The notes beneath the pieces are model-generated. The model was not told the origin of the DNA and made no database searches. It saw nothing but the letters and a program-made list of their open reading frames with translations. A DNA stretch of 64,000 nt from contig CM119271.1 of NCBI GenBank assembly GCA_051294375.1, positions 7,203,731 to 7,267,730 on the forward strand, in the 5' to 3' direction. Both the position numbers and the translations under genes were made by a program. Positions 23,132 to 37,400 of the stretch are shown one piece after another; position 1 is the stretch's first letter, and every line of letters begins with the position of its first letter. The stretch is from Paraspadella gotoi (taxonomy: Eukaryota; Animalia; Chaetognatha).

Positions 23132-24343
23132 CATTTCGAGGAAAGATTCCATGTTCTGAACTCGATGCTTTGGCTTTATGAGATCTTTTCGTGCCAGGTT
23201 AGCTCTCGTTTTATGAGTAGGCTTTTCTTTCAATACTCTATAGTCAACTGACGAACTATTACTTATTTGCTATCTAAGTCATAGCTTTTCCCCGTCTTCC
23301 CGCGTCTCCCTCCGACAAAAGACTGAAAAGATTGAGCAAATATATAAACTACATTTTTATTAACAGTTTTGTAAAGAACAACAAAAGGTCAGGTCATTTT
23401 AACAGATGGTTTAATTCTCGTCATCATCGTCGTCTTGAAGAGAGATCACCAACTAAATTGTATAGCATATAGATACATCTTAAATAAATAGAACGACAGT
23501 GGCGGGATTTGATAGAACTTCCGCACTTGGGATGATAGTGATTAAAACTGATTGTCCCAATTTTGAAATTATTTTGAATCATCGTAACACCGGTAAGACA
23601 AAACGCGCTACAGATAAAGACTAATGACTATTAAAAATATTTTTTTTATTCGCTAGCTAATATTTATTGCTTTTAAACGACGATGAGAGAATATAATCAA
23701 AGAATCAATAATTAAGTACACAAAGGATGGTTGGTAACGGAAAGTAATTACAGTTATAGCTCGTTCTGTTCATTTTTTGTTTACTGTTAAAAAAAAAAAA
23801 AAAAACGCGGTATGAAAGAACAACCCATGATAGAGAGATTCTATGTACGGTAAGCTAAAAAAGGCACTATAAGCTAGGCTTAGGATATGATTTTTTTTTG
23901 TTGTTTAAAAAGTGAACATATTATTGATCATGAAATTCAATATGGAGGGTAAAGACCATGGACAATTTGCTGAACAGATCCAAATTCTGTACACGAACGC
24001 TAGATCTGAGAAAACTGCAGGTGCGCATGCGCACGCCACGTGTGCGACTAAAAAAATATATCACTTAAGTCATCACTCGAGAACGATTTTTTTTCAAAAT
24101 GGACGCGCGGATAAAAAAAAAAGTAAACAGGACAAAAAATCGCAAATCGCCATTAAGATATATACGAAAAAAAAAAATTGTATCGAAATACAACAACAAT
24201 ATAATCTGTAACAGTAAACAAGTTATAAATTCAATAATCTTGGGAAGGGTTTGGGAAACAGTTGGGGACTGTTGTTCCCCAGAATAAAAACTACTGGTGT
24301 ATAAAAAAAATTATGGGGGGGATTAAGGGGAATGGGAAATTTC

Positions 24344-27300
24344 TCATAAGTACACGCCGTCGTTAGAACGCCGACTTTGATACTGCGGTTGTTGTTGGGG
24401 CTGTTGTTGTTGTTGTTGTTGCGGCTGTTGTTGTTGCTGCGACTGTTGTGGTCTACTCGGCAGATGGGGCGGATGCGGTTGGGCCTGTTGAGCCGCGTTG
24501 GGGTTGTGGTTAGGCTGGAAGGATGAATGAATATTGAATAAGTTTAAACCGATGGAGATTTTACATTGTTGGGCAGGAATTTTCACTTAGTTTTTAAACC
24601 ATTTGACTCACTTGTTGCGCGTTCTGTTGCGGCATTGGATGCTGCATGTGCTGCGGGGGTGAATGCACCCCATCGCTCCAGTCGGAAGTGGCAACGGAAT
24701 GAGGACTGGTGGTGGGGCTGGACCACTGACCGGGGCTGTCGGGGGACGGGGTGAGATAATGTTCGAGGGACGGGGCGGTGCTTGGCGTGGAATCTCCGTT
24801 GACGCCACCACCTGCGCCTCCAACACCGCCGCCGACGCCCGCGCCACCGCCGCCCGCGTGGCTGTGGTGCGAGGGCGGCGTGGGAATGCTGGAAGCGCCG
24901 TTGTAACTAGCGTTGTGAGACAGGAGGGTGGCGGAGCCGTCCGCGGAGGATGTCGAAGTCTTCGGTGGAAGTTTGGGGTTGTTGTTGTTGGAGGTGCCGC
25001 CCTGTGGCAAGGAAGGGACCTGCATGCCAGGTGGCAACGTGGGGTTCATGAACGCCTCCGTTCCCATGAGTCCGTGAGAATTTCCTTGAGAGTTTCCGCC
25101 GCCGTTGGCGCCGCCAAAGTCGAAGGCTCGGCCGAGGCCGTTGGAGAAGTTGGCGAGCGACTGTTGCTGTTGCTGAGCCTGTTGAACGGCGGCCATCGCA
25201 GCGGCTGTGGCGGCTTGCTGTTGTTGTTGCTGATGCCTCTGAAATTGCTGCATCTGCATGGCGTGCAGGTGCGTCGGACTCAGCGGCATGTGGATGTAGT
25301 TGGCAGTTTTTCTCGGAGAAGGTGGTACCGGTGGGTGCTGCTGCGGCACGGCGCCGTTCCGCGGGGGCATCGGCGGCGGGACAGCAGCGCGAGATCCCGG
25401 CTCCTGATGCGGCTGAAAGGGTCGGCCCATGGCGTCCGTCACGAACCCGTTCATGGTGGCTCCGAGCGGCGGCGACATTCCTTGCATCATCTCTCGATCG
25501 ATCAGCTGCTGCTGGCCACGCATCATGTTCAGCTGCGCCTGCTGCGACATGGAGACGGGCGCTGCCGCAGTTTCGGTGCTCAGGATGTTAGGATGACTGA
25601 TGGCGGAGCTAAGGGAAGCCATGGGGAATCCGTTGGGCGAGGTCATTGACCCCGAGGCGTCAAGACCGTTAGGACTCAAGCTGGACATTCCGCGACCGAG
25701 AGTGTGGGAGAGTCCGGCTGGAACTCCGTCTCCCTGGCGCGGTCCGGCGCCGCCCTTGAGTTTTTTGCTTCCGTGTTGTTTGGACGCCTTCGTCTTGGCG
25801 GGCAGCGTCATGTTTCCGTTTCCATGGTGATCGCCGCCATCGCCGCCGCCGCGTGGCGGAACGTCCGGCGGAGAGCTCTTCTTCTTCTTCTTGAAAGACT
25901 TGGCGTGGCCGGCGTCACCCATCATGGCGGCGCCCATGGCATTGCCCATTCCGGCGCTCATCATTCCGGCGCCGACGCCGCGGAGTCCGAAATCGTCCAG
26001 GAGGCGGACGATGTCTTCGTGGAGGCGTTCGTTGGCCACGTCGCGTGGGAGTCTGCGATAGTTAATGTATTCATTAATAATAATAGTCAGAGGAGGATTT
26101 AGCCTGCCGTCCAATTCTCCTCCTCTTCTTCCTTCCTTCCTCCTCCTGCCCCTCAGTATATTTTGTCTAGCGATACATTCTCTCGTTTTCTACTCTTCGC
26201 GAAATATACCATTATTTTCCCTCTATTTCTTCACGCCTTCAATACTCCTCAAGATAGTTATCAAAATTACATTATAATTTCAGTTTCTAATATAAAAGGA
26301 CATTTATTAAATTATGCGCTAATTGCCGAATAATGTAATGAAACAGATAATAGAATTAGTTTTCTCAAACGAAGCCCTTTTTGTTTTTCCTCACCTCTTA
26401 CATTCTCCCTTAGATGCTCCCTCTATTTCCAGAAGACAACACTGACTTCCCCTTCCCAAATTGAATTATTAGATAAATAAAACATTTTTTTAAAAAAAAC
26501 AAGCAATATATATTTGTTTAAATAATATAGATTAAATACTAAATCCTTCATAAAATATAAAAATAGAAATTCTTTAGTTTTCGAAACAAACTCTCACCTG
26601 TCGAGATGATCGGTAATTTCGATGTTGGCGCTGTAGCTGAGTAAAATCGAGGCGGCTTCGTAGCTTCCTTCTCTCGCCGCCAGGAAAAGAGGAGTTTCGT
26701 CTTTGGCGTCCTGCGCGTCTCTGACGGAGAAAGAAAAAACAAGAAATTTTAGGATTTGAAGAAACAAAAAGAAAAAAACAAAACAAAACAAAACAAAAAA
26801 TATCGCTCGTTATTCAATGGACATTTCTAGTAGATCGAAATCGCTCACTTGTTAGCTCCTGCGGCCAGCAGGCTTTGCACGGCGTCCTCGTTGTTAACCG
26901 CGGCAGCCCAGTGCAACGCCGTCTTGCCGTTCATATCGGCCGAGTTAATGTCGGCGTCCGATTGGATGAGATCCTCGGCCATTCCCTCGATGGCCAATCG
27001 GGAGGCGAGGATGAGCGGCGTCGTTCCGTCCGTCATCTTAGCGTTGAGATTCGTGGCCCGGTTGCGTAGGAGGATCTGGAAGACGCCTTGGGCGTCCGAG
27101 GCAACGGCGGTGTGCAGCGGGGTTCGCCCGGAGTTGTCAGGGGCGTTGGCGTCTGCGCCGGCGTCGAGAAGGCGCTTGGCGGCGTCGGCGCGGGCGAAGC
27201 GCGCCGCCAGGTGGAGGGAGGTCTCGCCGGTGCGGTCTGGGAGATGAGATAGAAAAGACGTCGGTTGAAGTAAATTTAAAACTCGCGTCAAAGAACAAAA

Positions 27301-30300
27301 ATCTCAAGACAAAAGTCAAAAGCAAGAAACAAAAATAAATAAATAAATTAATCAAAAAATAAATCTTACCAGTTTGCGCGTTGATACTGGCTCCTTGCAT
27401 CAATAAGTCCGTGATGATCGCCGTCGAGTCCGAAGGTTCTCCACAGTCGCCATCTTCGTCGAAGCCCTGATCCAGACCGTTGCCGCGCGCGGCCGCCAGC
27501 ATAAGCGGCGTCAGCCCGTCGGGCCCCTTCTGGTTCACGTCGATCGACATGGGGTCGTAGTCGATTTCTCCTTGGGGCGGCGTGGGCATGCCTGGTGGGG
27601 TAGAAATGTTACATATGAATGAGATATTAGTTAAACTTTAAAAACACTTTATAATTTATATTTGAATCATATTTCGAGTTTTATTTAGATTTTAAACAAA
27701 TTAAAACAAATTAAATCAAATCTGTAGTATTTTAATTACAGAAAAGATAAAACTGCAGACGTACAAACAAACTAAAAACAAACAAACTAAAAACAAACAA
27801 AAGACTCACCGTGTCCGGGTTTAACGTCGTCCTGCTTTGCCCATTGCCTCGCCGAGTCGATGCTGTCGTAAGTGTTGTCGACGACCCTGCTCGAAGGGCC
27901 GGTCGAGGTCATGCCGGGAGGAAGCCCCCTCGGCCCATAGCTGCCCGGGTGGGGCGGGGTAAGCTGATTCATGGTGCCCGGTCCGTGATGGAACTGCGAG
28001 TTGCGTCGATCGTGAGCGCCGGCGCCGGCGCTGCCAGGACCGACCATGTACTCGTTGTAAGGATCGTACTCTTGCTTGATCCTTTTCTTGTTCGGTTTGT
28101 CGCAGTCGTCGTCCGACCAATCACCGCAATGTTTTTTGTTGTCATTGGCGTCCATGTCGTTGAGGTGGGAGGCCTGGGTTGGAAACGAAGGTTAGAATGA
28201 AATATTTTCAAGTAATATTTTTTTGATAAGAGAAAAATGAAGCCGATTATAGTTAGTATTTTCTAATAAACTTATGTCTTATTCATAATTTTATAAAGAA
28301 ATCATACAAGCATGACATTATCATTAAACCTGAAGGAATTCAAAAGTAACTAGCTAATAAACAAAATAATTTCAAATTTTCCCGCCATTTTTCATCGTTT
28401 CCACTCCCACCTGACTCCCGTGAATGTTCTTCATCTCCTCTCCGTCCGGCCCTCTCCTCATCGAAGCCCCGCTATTCCGCGACGACATCGAAGACTTTGG
28501 CTTCAAGCTGCCGATGAATCCTTCAGGAAACCACGTGGTCCCTCGCTGTCGCTTCCGCTTGTTCACCGTCACCAGAACACAGGCGACGGCCAAGACGAGC
28601 AGACAACCGAGAACGATGAGGATGATGACCTCGTTGCCGGGCGCCGAAGGAATCGCCGGCTCGCCGCCCTCGGGCTCCACCGTCCTCGCTTCCACGAAGG
28701 GAAACGGGATCTCCAGTTCGTCCCCTCTATCCTTCAGGATCTCCAAGTAGTCGGCGGCCGACTTGGCCGTGTTGAAGCACTGGTTCTCTTCGGCGTCCTT
28801 GCCTTCTTCGCACTTGCGATAATCGATGAGGAGGTAGACCTGAGTGCCCTCGATCTGATCGTAGACGGACGACCGTTTCCGGCGGCCGCTCTGCATGTCC
28901 TGGAGGGAGGTGCTCTCTTCTTGGATCTGGTGTTGGAGAAGGTTGGGTGGAAGTGGAGGAATAGAAAGGAAAAAAAAATTAGTTTGATTTTTGGAAGAAG
29001 CATTTACGTCTAAGCTAAAGACATCGAAATTACATCGAATATTCGAGTGAAGACTTATTTCCATAAAAAGTTAAAAATGTTCACGTACTAATCAAAAACA
29101 AAAAGCAAAACAGAACAACAAAAAAAATTTGAAACCAGAGGTGGAAATTATGAATATTATTATACTGAATTATACCGAATACTATTATAATTATACTGAA
29201 TATTATTATTAAGTTTAAGAGTTCCTCATAACATTTATCTCCAAACCTCGTGGCTAAAGCTGACATTCAACGAATAAACTAACGATTTAAGACGATCAAT
29301 AATGGTTGATCTCTAACGAGCACTAATGGCCGCATTACCGCGAACGTACGATAACTAATTAACGCGAACTAACGAGCACTACTGCTAACGGATATAATGT
29401 TTGTAAAATTTATACTTACGCTAACCTCGTCAAGGAATCTCTTCAGTCTTTGATTCTTCCCGCCGAGGGTCAAAGCCGTCGGCGCCCATGGATAAATCAT
29501 GTCGTTGCCGTTGTTGTCCTTGGCGATGCTGACCACGACGTGGAGCAGTCGGCCCAGCGCTCGCAGAAACCGACCCGTGTTCTTGATAAACACGTCCATG
29601 GGTACCATGACGACCACGGCCAGGTAGTCTTTGTCGTACTTGCCGGGACCCTTCTCGCAATCGAAACCGTCCCAGCCGCATGCCATCGAGTTGCAACCCT
29701 GATCGCAATGTTTGTTGTTCCAATTCTTTTCGCAATAGGCTTCGTAGGTCGGGTTGCATTCCCCGACGTTCTCGCAATCGAAGCCGTCGTAGAGGCACTT
29801 ACGGGGAGAAAGAGGGGAGTGTGTAAGTTGAACGATCGTAGACAAAGTAAACGAAGTAAAAAAGGAAGTCAAATTTCAAAAAATTAAAAGATGAAAAAAA
29901 AAAAAAAAAAAATAGAAGTCGAACGAAAAACAAAGCCAAACCCATCGCACATTTTCTCACCATTTCAACATTGCATTCGGGGTTGCACACTTTATCCCGA
30001 AACACGTCGACGCAGGCCAACCCGGTCTTGGTCTTGAGGTTGCACTCTTCCCAGAAGGTGCCTTTGGGCTTGTCGGGCACGTCGACGCCCTCGCCGCCGG
30101 GGAACTTGGGGTCGAAGTCTGAGCAACGTCGCCCGTTCCACGTGGACGGGCAGTCGCAGACGTAGTCGCCGGGCAAGTCCCGACAGGCGCCGCCGTGCTC
30201 GCAGACCACGCCCTCGCACTCGTTCTTCTCGTCGATCTCGCATCGCTCGCCTTTGTGGGGGGGGGGAATTAATTTAAATTATTTAATTAAGAAATTATAG

Positions 30301-30316
30301 TAATAATATTGTATGT

Positions 30317-30348
<32 letters not shown>

Positions 30349-30361
30349 TAAAGAAAGAAAG

Positions 30362-30421
<60 letters not shown>

Positions 30422-33400
30422 TCGTCAAACTAACGCACCTTTAAGCCCCGGAATACAGAGACAAATAAAAGACGTCGCCAGCGCCTCGCACGATCCGCCA
30501 TTTTGACACGGGTTTTTGCGACACACAGATGTCGTCTCTTCACATCGATCGCCAGTGAGCCCTTCGGGGCATTCGCAAACGGGGCCGAAGTCGCCGTTTG
30601 AGCAGAGACCGCCGAAGCGGCACGGGTTTGGCTCGCAGAAAGAGAATTTGTGTTCGCAGTGTTTACCTGATGGGCAGAAATATAAGTATTTGTTAAGTTT
30701 GTGTTTAAAAATGTCTTCATTTCAAAATAGGCAGCTATTGTTCTAACCCGTCCATCCCGGGATGCAGTCGCATCTGTACGCGTTGACAGTTTGCACGCAC
30801 GCCTGAGTTCCTTCTTTGGAGCAAGGATTGGAGAGACACTCGTTCACGTCGCCCTCACAACGCGGACCGACGAATCCGGCTGGGCATCTGGCGGCGAAAG
30901 AACGAAACAATTAATTCTAGCGTTTAATAGAAATATTTTTGTTAAAATGATGTCATGGCACGAATAGATTTTAAAATTAGAAAATTACGACAAAGCGCAA
31001 GTAAACTCACCGGCAGGAAAACCCATTGATCTGATCCACGCACTCTCCGTCGTGATGACAGGCGCCCTCGAAGCAGTCGTTCTGGTTGATCTCGCACAAG
31101 AGGCCGTCCGTACCGCGAGGACACGAACAGTAGAATGAGTTGGTCTGGTCGTGACATGTGCCGCCGTTGTGACAGGGGTTGTACGCGCAGTCGTCCACGT
31201 CGTACTGACACTGTGTGCCTTGGAATCCGGGCAGGCAGTCGCAGGTGTAGTGACCGACGCGGTTGATGCAGGTGGCGCCGTTTCTGGGAGGACGAAAAAC
31301 AAAAGGGGTAAAGTTTGACAATAAGCGACGAAAAAAAACAAACCAACAATTGTCTCGTCATCAGCATTGTTTAAAAAGAACAACAAGAAAATAAAATCAA
31401 TTTAAAATTAAATTCCTATTAAAATTAACCTATTAAACAAATATAATTAACGAAACCCAACGGCTAACCTGCAGGGCGAGGACTCGCAATGGTTGACCGG
31501 TCGATCGCAGTACGATCCCTCCCACCCCTTAGAACAGTTGCAAACGTGAGAAGTGCCACGATCGTGACAAGTCCCGTGAGTGTTGCAAAGTTGGTCGAAA
31601 CGTATTCCGCGCTGATTTGCCAAAATATCGCAGGAAACCTTAACGAGGAAAACAGTTCATTTAAAAAAAGGGGTCAAAAAACAAAAATCCATGTAACACG
31701 AATAACACAAATAAAATGAAAAGTACGTAGTACGAAATAAAAAAAATAAAAAAAACTCACCATCGGTACGTCGCAAATTTTGCCCGTCCATCCATCGGGA
31801 CAGTGACACGTAAACTCGTGCCTGACTTGCGTGCATCGTCCGTTGTTCTGGCACGGTTGCAGCGAGCACCAATCGACAATGTTCTGGCATTGGCCGCCTT
31901 GAAACCCGCGAGGACAGAAACACTTGTAAGCTAGGTCACCGTCGACGCAAGTGCCGCCGTTCTTGCAAGGCCCAGAGTCGCAACGGTTGACGCGGTTCTG
32001 GCAGTTTGAACCGGTGTAGCCGTCCGGACAGTAGCACTTGTAGCTGTTGACGAGGTCCTTGCAGGTGCCGCCGTTGAGGCAGGAGGTGGAGGTGCAATCC
32101 TCGTCGTTAATCTGGCAGTTGGGACCAGAGAATCCGCGCGGACACTCGCAGGTGTGGGAGTCGACGAAGTCTGTGCAGGTGGCGCCGTTTTGACAGGGCG
32201 AGCTGAGGCATTCGTCGATGTCCTCTTCGCAACGAGAACCGGTGAAGCTGTTTGTGATGGGGAAAGTGTGAAAAAAGATTTAAAAAATTATGCAAATAGG
32301 GAAAATAAGTTATCGAAAAAAAAAAACGGAAAAATGAAAAAAAAAAAAAAAATGTATGAAAAATTAAAAGCACATCAGCGATGAATGCTTGAATGAAAGC
32401 CGAAACTTGTCTGTACCATTAAAAATAAAATCGTTGATGTAAAAAGACTTCGTCTTTAATCTCAAATAAGAATTATGAAAAATGAAAAAAATGAATGAAA
32501 ATAAATAAAAAGAAGTACAAATCAAACAATTTTAACGAAACTTACCCATCGACGCAAAAGCAGCTAAAGTCGTCCAGGCCGTCAACACATGTCCCGCCAT
32601 TTAGACAAGGACTGATTGGCGAGCAATCGTCAATGTTGTATTCGCATTTGCGTCCTGAAAACCCGCGCTGACAGCGACACGTATAATTGCCATTGGTGTT
32701 GATGCAGGTGCCCCTGTTGCGACAGGGCACGCTGTCCACGGCGCACTCGTCCACGTCTTCGTCGCAGTGTCGGCCCGTCCAGCCGATGCGGCACACGCAC
32801 TGGTAGCTCTGGGTAAGGTAAGGTAAGGTAGCAAAGGTAAGTTTATATCGAGGGACCGTTAAAATTTAAATGAATAGTAGATTAAATACAAACTCTCCAC
32901 CCAAATTACCTGATAATCCGAGGTTGGCATGCATTTGGCTCCGTTGTTGCAAGGATTGCTCTTGCACGGATTAAGCCTGACGTCGCAGAATCTCCCAGTG
33001 TATGGCAGATCGCAGATGCATTTGGCCTGGTTGACGAGATCCACGCATTTGCCGTTGGTGCAAGGATTCGGGTCGCAATCGTCGATGTTGACGTGACAGT
33101 TGACTCCAGTGTAGCCTTGCAGGCAGATGCACTTGTAGGAAGTCTCGTGGTTCTGGCACCAACCGCCGTGTTGGCAAGGGTTGGAGAGGCAGTAGTTGAC
33201 GCGGGCCTCGCATCGGGTGCCGGTGAAACCGGGACGACAGGTGCAAGTGAACCTGAGAGGTGGAGAGGGGAAGAGGAGGAAGAAGGGGAAAAGAAAAGAG
33301 TGGGATGATAGGAAGGGTAATGAAGTTGAAGGAAAGGAGAAAATTAGAAAATTAAGTTGACTTAGTATCATTTACTAGAAAGTTTATTTCGTTGAAAACT

Positions 33401-34352
33401 TTAAAACTTTCACGAAAATAAATAATAATGATTAGTAACATTTTTACTATCATTTTGTTTTTATTCACATTTCTTAACTGTTTAATATAAAATTTATTAT
33501 TAGATTTATTCATTTAGTTATTCATTTTTACAAATACTTAAAAAACAGCAAATCTTTATAACTCTTACTTGTAAACCCCGTCGACGCAGGTTCCGCCGTT
33601 GATGCAGGGATTGGAGGCGCACTCGTTCTCCTCGGAGAGACACTGCGGATCGAAGTATCCGGACGGGCAGTTGCACTTGTAGCCGTTGATGTGGTCCTCG
33701 CATCGGCCGCCGTTGTGGCACGGGTTGGAGCGGCACTCGTCAATGTCGTGCTCGCAGTTGATGCCTTCGTAACTGGAGGAATAGAAAGATATTTGAAAGT
33801 TAAAATAAACGAGAATTGTTATTTGTCATAAATATTTGACTCGCCACCAGTCGGCTTACCCCGGCAGACACTGGCAGGTGTATCGGTTGATCCCGTCCGC
33901 GCAGGTGCCGCCGTTCCGGCAGGGGTTCGACGCGCATTCGTTGTTGTTGATCTCGCAGTTGCTGCCCCAGGTGCCGAGAGGACAGACGCATTCGTACTTT
34001 CCGATGAGATCTCGACAGGTGCCTTGGTTCTGACAGGGCTTCTCTTCGCATTCGTCCAGGTCCTGTGGTTAAGGTTTTTTAATTAGATTTTAAATTGAAG
34101 GTCAGATATTTTTAAAATTGAAAAAAGAAAAACCAAACAAAAGGATAAGGTAGAGAAAAGAGAGAAAAAAGAAAGGTAAAGAGCAAAGAGAGAGAGAACG
34201 AGGAGAGAGAAGGGGAAAAGAAAAAGATCTTGATTAATCGGCTAACATATTACCAAGTCGAGGTAAATAATTTTTTTACATATCGATGAAACAAAACCAT
34301 AAAAGTAAAAAATAAGAATCTGCGATGTATTCCTTTCTTTTCGTTCTTTCGT

Positions 34353-34401
<49 letters not shown>

Positions 34402-37400
34402 CGTTTCTCTACTGAAATAAAATCGTTGTTGAAATCAATTTCAAACTTTTCTAATCGAACCAAAACCCCCAAAACCCCCAAAACTGACCACTTCGCAAAA
34501 GTCTCCGCCGTATCCCGAGTCGCAGTGACACTTGAACGAGTCGACGCCGTCGATGCAGGTTCCGTGGAGACAATGGATAGAGGCGCAGTCGTCTATGTTG
34601 TGTTCGCAGTTGGTTCCTTGGAAACCCTTGCGGCAAGTACAGGTGTAGGCGTTCTGGAAGAAGGGAAGGGGTGTCATTTTTGTACTTTTTCGCGAGTTTA
34701 ATAATACCGGCATTTTATTTCGTACCGATTTTTTTTTGAGGGGGGGAAGAAGTTAACAGTTGTTTTTTTTACGTCATATCTCACCGGAAAGTTCTGACAC
34801 GTTCCGTCGTTCTGACACGGGTTGGAGTCACATTCGTCGATCTCGTAATTGCAGTTGGTGCCGGTGTAACCGTCGTAGCAATCGCACTTGTAGGAGCCCG
34901 TCTCGTCCTTGCAGACGCCGTGGGCGCATGGACTCGATTCGCACTCGTCCAAGTCGATCTCGCAGCGGGGACCTTGAGGGGGGGGGGGAGGAGAAAAGGG
35001 GTCGGTGTGAGGAATTGAAGGTTATGATCGGTCGAAATTTTGTAAAATGTAGCGGTAGTAATGTATACTCCACAACTCTTAACCCAAAGGTTTTCGGGTT
35101 CGCGACTCGGTACTGTTAGACAACGAAGTTCTGAAACTAGTTTGCCACAAAAAAACTTTCTAATCCAAATGTTCGCTCGATTATCTCTTGCCAACAACAA
35201 AAGTCAAGGCAATCTTATGCGCACAAATCGATTGGTTTACTCCGTTCACCTGTGAATCCTCGCATACAGAGGCAGAGGAATTGACCCTTTTCGTCGAGGC
35301 AGGTGGCGGCGTTGGAGCAAGGATTGCTGTCGCATTCGTTGATGTTGATCTCACAACGAGGACCCGTGAATCTGATTTTGACAATGAAGACAATAAATCG
35401 AATTATCAATTGATTGAAAATTGAATAATATATCATATCGTATATAATAATAAATTGGCCTATTTATTTAATTGAATATTTTTTTTGTATACAATTAAAA
35501 CTAGACTGTGAAAAAGAATTGATTGGAAGCTCGCAGGGCCCCGATATGTTATGTTAGGAGGGATACAGGCTTTCACCCAACCACAAAGTCAGAGGTAAGG
35601 TCAGGAACAAACTCTTGTGGAATCTCGATTGGAACTTTGTGGAAATCCGTATAAACATTTGTGGATTTAATTCATTCATTGATTGTCTTATTTAATTAAA
35701 GATTCATTGATTATTCATTCTTTCGTCATTGATAATTATTTAATTGATTCATTACTATTTTTCCCCTCGGCTATCATGAGTTAATGATTAATATTTTATA
35801 GCAGAGGTGTTGGGTACTTCTTCGTGTTTAGGTATTTATTTATTTATTTATTTAATTTATTTAGCTTAGGTATTTATTGAATGAATGAATAATTTTTTTA
35901 TATTATTATTAATATTAATTTTTAATTAATATAATTATTAATATATTAATGAAAAAGAGTTATTACCCCCGCGGACAGTCGCAGTAGTAGGAGCCAATGG
36001 TGTTGACGCATGTGCCCCCTTGTTCGCACGGCGACACCTCCGTTTCACGACACTCGTTTACGTCCTGATGACAATGGCTTCCCTCGTAGCCCTGGATTAG
36101 AAAACAGGATTATTAAAGATAGCGATCGATATCGTCTCAAAAAAAAAAAAAAAAAAACTAATGGATCACGGTAAACAGCAAACTGACATTTTCTTATTAG
36201 AGGAGGCGAGAAAAAGTTGTTGTCATGTTTTCCAAAAAAAGCGTCCCCGTTTGCATTTCATTTCCGTTTATATTTAAAATTAAATTTTATTATTATTTAT
36301 ATTAAAAACTAAACTAATATTTTAAATTAGTATTTAGTTTTTAATTAGGGTAAGGGGATTAAGGTTTATGATAAGAGTTTAAAGTAAATAATAAAATTTA
36401 TAAATAAAAAAAAAATTCAAACAAATATTAAAATCAAAATAAATTTCGGGATTAATAAACAGAAATCGGGGCGGTTTTCAGAAAATAATACCGAAATAGT
36501 CAGCCGATATTACAAAAAAAGATGTTAGGTCTCAGCAAAGCAAATCACCTGTTGACAAGAGCACAGGTAAGTGCCCGTCACTGGGTTGGTTTCGCAAAGG
36601 GCTCCAGCAAGACAAGGGTTCGACTCGCATGCATCCGCCAGGTGACACAGAATTCCTGATCGGCCGCGAAGAATTCAGGGTGGTTGGGCGGGTGGGGGGG
36701 GGGATTGGCGAGCAAAAGAGATCGAAAAGAAAGGGGGAGTTAAAAAATAAAAAAAAACGAGGTTGAGCAAATTTAGAAAAAGAGATTGATTAAAAAATAA
36801 GGCAGGACGGAAAAAAAGGTAAGAGGACAAGGTTACCAAACCAAAGAGGGGGGAGCGCCAAAAGAAAAAAAAGGGGAAAAAAAAAAAAAAAAAAAAAACG
36901 AAACGAAACATTAAAAATCACACATCAAATCAAAAGGCGACAAAAAAATTTTTCAAGAAGCACTTTGGACGTCAAAATGACTCACCAGTTTTTCCGGGAG
37001 GACAGTCGCAGTAATAAAATCCCAGACGGTCGTGACACGTCGCTCCGTAGTAACAGGGTTCGGTGGCGCAATCGTCTATGTTGATGGAACAGTCGTAGCC
37101 GGTGTATCCATTTTGGCAGAAGCACGTGTAACCACTGTAAAAATATTTTCGAATCATTCAGAAATTGAAACTTTATGAAACGATGAAATTACTATAAATG
37201 AAAAAAAAAATGTTTTTCTCAGAAAATTTGTTGTTCTTTTTTTCAATCAAACCGGGCAGAAATTCGAAAGCATAGAGGTCGCTTTCTCATTTAACGTTCA
37301 CAGTTGAACGTAATTAAAACAAAACAACATCGCAGAAGAAACTTCGATGAAAGGAATTAAAAAATAATTCAAAGTTTTCAACTAACCCGACGGTGTTGGC

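Noticed and set aside
24663-25649. 328-aa plus-strand ORF
   Set aside because: Antisense to the low-complexity Notch C-terminal exon
32812-32841. Tandem GGTAAG donor-like repeats on the + strand
   Set aside because: They form the pyrimidine tract of a Notch acceptor on the - strand; no antisense exon evident
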